The notes under the pieces were generated by a model, which did not search any database, was not told the origin of the DNA, and saw only the letters and a program-made list of their open reading frames with translations. Positions 13,060-15,272 of a stretch of DNA of 15,272 nucleotides are shown here, piece after piece. The translations under genes were made by a program, and so were the position numbers. The DNA comes from Candidatus Aegiribacteria sp. (GTDB lineage: Bacteria > Fermentibacterota > Fermentibacteria > Fermentibacterales > JCC-6), in assembly GCA_046498225.1 (NCBI GenBank), contig JAWOBF010000064.1:1-15272 (forward strand), in the 5' to 3' direction. How positions within the stretch are numbered: the first letter of the stretch is position 1; each line of letters starts with the position of its first letter.

Positions 13060-14379
13060 TCAGATGTATCCCAGATCCTCGAGCGCCCGGACCGATGCGC
13101 TGTCAAGCGGTCCGGCAACGGGAGGATTCCAGAGCATGGGGGTCGAACGGTAATGGTCCAGCATATCCCTCATCTGTGGAGACGGTTCCATGGGTTCCAG
13201 TTCGCCGGGGTCTTCCCCCAGGTGGAACATGTAGTAGCTGTCCCTGCTTCCCCGCCTGGTGACCAGTCCTTTCAGGTTACCGAACCGGACAACCGCCAGG
13301 GGAGTTGCGCCGAGCATCCTGCCCCTGAACATCAGCTGGCTGGCCGGAAGGGGTCTTTCGTCATCATCCTCGCTGTCCAGTATATCCATTCCCTGAAAAT
13401 CGTGGTCCGCGGGGATGGAACATAAGGACAGGAGGGTGGGCAGAATGTCCATCTGGCCCGCCGGCCGGGTGAGTACCTCTCCCTGGGCTATGCCCGGTCC
13501 CGATACTATGAGGGGAACGTGAAGCATCTGCCGGTAAAGGTTGCCGCCGTGGCCCACCCAGCCCCATTCCAGGAATTCCTCTCCGTGGTCGGCCGTTACC
13601 ATTATCACGGTGCTGTCCGCCAGCCCCCGGTCCCGAAGCTGCGCGAAGAGGCGGCCCAGCTGGCTGTCCACCCATCTGATACTGCCATCGTAGCGGGAGA
13701 GAAAATGCTCCAGGTGTTCGGGATGCGCTATGCACCCATCATCGGTTATCTCCCAGTAGACCGCTTCGATGGTATCCCCGGGAAAGAACATGTTCCCGTA
13801 CGGGTCCGGGGGGGCGTAGGGCTGGTGAACGTCGAAGATGTGCAGAACCGCCATGAAGGGTCTGCCGTCATCCTCCCCGTCCAGCCATTCCAGGAACTCG
13901 TCCATCGTGCCGGCGGCCCGGCTAACCCCGTATTCGTCGCAGGAGTAATGGTCGAAGCCTCTGGCGAAGCCCATATGACGGCTGAGGAGGGCGACGTTGA
14001 AGATGCCGCAGGTGCGGTATCCGGCCTCACTGAACAGGGACGGGATGGTGGGCACTTCATCGTGCAGCATATGGTCGCCGTCGTTCCTTCTTCCTGTGCC
14101 GTGCTGCTCCGCGTTAAGCCCGGTGAAGATGGTGGCGGTGGCGGGAAGGGTCCATGGAGCCTGGGCCTGAAAGTTCTTCCATCTGCTTCCGGCTTCCGCC
14201 AAACTGTCCAGCGCGGGAGACGTGTCGCGGTGATAGCCGTAGCAGCCCAGGTGGTCCGCCCTGAGGGTGTCTATGATGACCAGGATAACGTTCGGCCGGG
14301 ATACATCCTCCACCGAATCCCCGCATGAAAGGCACTGCATCAGGAAGAACGATACCGCCGCACCGGTCAGGTTCCTCAC
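13060..14379 (-). CDS. Sulfatase-like hydrolase/transferase (alkaline phosphatase superfamily), probable lipoprotein
   Basis: PNVILVIIDTLRADHLGCYGY, WTLPATATIFTG, DVHQPY, YDGSIRWVD, TADHGEEF, HVPLI, DILPTLL, LEDLGYI; lipobox-like LSC19; GTG start overlaps the upstream TGA. Confidence 0.9.
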   Translation of the reverse strand: MRNLTGAAVSFFLMQCLSCGDSVEDVSRPNVILVIIDTLRADHLGCYGYHRDTSPALDSLAEAGSRWKNFQAQAPWTLPATATIFTGLNAEQHGTGRRNDGDHMLHDEVPTIPSLFSEAGYRTCGIFNVALLSRHMGFARGFDHYSCDEYGVSRAAGTMDEFLEWLDGEDDGRPFMAVLHIFDVHQPYAPPDPYGNMFFPGDTIEAVYWEITDDGCIAHPEHLEHFLSRYDGSIRWVDSQLGRLFAQLRDRGLADSTVIMVTADHGEEFLEWGWVGHGGNLYRQMLHVPLIVSGPGIAQGEVLTRPAGQMDILPTLLSLCSIPADHDFQGMDILDSEDDDERPLPASQLMFRGRMLGATPLAVVRFGNLKGLVTRRGSRDSYYMFHLGEDPGELEPMEPSPQMRDMLDHYRSTPMLWNPPVAGPLDSASVRALEDLGYI

Positions 14380-15092
14380 CGGACATCCCCTTTCAGGTAC
14401 ATCTGCCGCTTCTGTTCGGGGAATTTCTCTATGGCGTACCTGAGCATGGTCCTGGGCATCTCCAAGCAGTGCTTTCTCAGAAAATCCTCCTCGGTGTCCG
14501 GGTCACGCTTGCCCACCTCCCTCAGCATCCATCCCACGGCCTTGTGTATCAGGTGATGCTCATCGTGAAGAAGGACCCCGGATATTCCCAGGGTGTCCTC
14601 GAAATCGTACTCCCTTATGAAGTGCAGCGTTGCGACTATTGATATTCGCCGCTTCCACAGGTCGGTGGCCGCGGCGAACCGGTAGAGCGGCTCCCGGTCC
14701 TTTTCAAATAGCCATGCTCCGGGGACGTGGGGAGCGGAGAGGTCCACCAGGTCCCAGTTGTTCACCCAACGGGTGTTCTCCATGTAGAGCCGGTATACAC
14801 TGTTCCGTGTGTCCGCGCCGCCGTCCCTGAAAGTATCCACCAGCATCAGCAGTGCGAAAAGCCTTTCCTCGTGCCAGGGCGAAGCCAGAAGCTCCATGGT
14901 GGTGTTGGGGGGAAGCCCGCGAAACTTTTTCACCACCTTCCTTATATGGGGAACCCTGATGCCCAGGAACCGGTCGGCCTCGCCGTACTGTCCCCTGCCG
15001 GTCTGGAAGAACCTGCGGCTGGACTCGGCCCTTCCCGGCTCGGCGTACCTTCGAAGCTCTTTCGAAACCTCGGCGGGAACCCTACTTCTCAA
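14376..15092 (-). CDS. DNA alkylation repair protein (AlkD-like HEAT-repeat family)
   Basis: FFQTGRGQYGEADRFLGIRVP, HEERLFAL, VNNWDLVD, LIHKAVGWMLREVGK, MPRTMLRYAIEKF. Confidence 0.92.
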   Translation of the reverse strand: MRSRVPAEVSKELRRYAEPGRAESSRRFFQTGRGQYGEADRFLGIRVPHIRKVVKKFRGLPPNTTMELLASPWHEERLFALLMLVDTFRDGGADTRNSVYRLYMENTRWVNNWDLVDLSAPHVPGAWLFEKDREPLYRFAAATDLWKRRISIVATLHFIREYDFEDTLGISGVLLHDEHHLIHKAVGWMLREVGKRDPDTEEDFLRKHCLEMPRTMLRYAIEKFPEQKRQMYLKGDVR

Positions 15093-15272
15093 GGGAGATG
15101 ATCTTGTCGAGGTTCGAACAGACGATGGCCCTGCTTCCGCTGGCGTTCACCGCCACGTCGAAGATGGTTCCGTAGTCCCCGGTGGAGGCCTCTACTTCTT
15201 CGTTCTGAGCGTTGACAACCGAGAGTCCGCTGTTCTGGTGAGCCACGAAGATGTATTTGCCGTCCGGAGTTG
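15082..15272 (-). CDS. Beta-propeller (YVTN/YncE-like) protein, 3' end only
   Basis: Manual translation ...TPDGKYIFVAHQNSGLSVVNAQNEEVEASTGDYGTIFDVAVNASGSRAIVCSNLDKIISLEK*, TAG at 15082-15084. TPDGKYIFVA and VAVNASGSRA are blade motifs. Confidence 0.7.
   Translation of the reverse strand, partial: TPDGKYIFVAHQNSGLSVVNAQNEEVEASTGDYGTIFDVAVNASGSRAIVCSNLDKIISLEK

Noticed and set aside
10451..14328. Antisense ORFs 10451-11362(-), 12215-12625(+), 13519-14328(+)
   Set aside because: Fully overlap motif-bearing genes on the opposite strand.
1..15272. tRNA, rRNA, CRISPR array, IS element or integrase
   Set aside because: No cloverleaf, spaced repeat array, terminal inverted repeats or transposase/integrase motifs seen by eye.

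Overview
GC-rich bacterial window from a diderm (outer-membrane porin and lipoprotein present). Housekeeping genes flank both ends. Left: partial D-cysteine desulfhydrase/ACC-deaminase-family gene, OprO/P-like porin, prepilin peptidase, Nudix hydrolase and a three-gene biotin-dependent acyl-CoA carboxylase operon. Right: Thr-type sulfatase-like lipoprotein, AlkD-like DNA alkylation repair protein and a partial beta-propeller gene. Between them (about 6700-13050) lies an apparent signalling/immunity-like locus: (i) a single-pass receptor with a cytoplasmic TIR domain retaining its catalytic Glu and an extracytoplasmic beta-propeller plus ConA-like beta-sandwich; (ii) a coupled secreted ConA-like protein resembling the receptor's last domain; (iii) an unannotated 48-codon remnant paralogous to that protein's C-terminus; (iv) a TPR-S/SLOG protein ending in a catalytically eroded class III nucleotide cyclase domain; and, convergently, (v) a PP2C-fold protein lacking its metal-binding Asp residues followed by two small single-pass membrane ORFs. 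All domain calls are by-eye motif recognition; no database searches were run.
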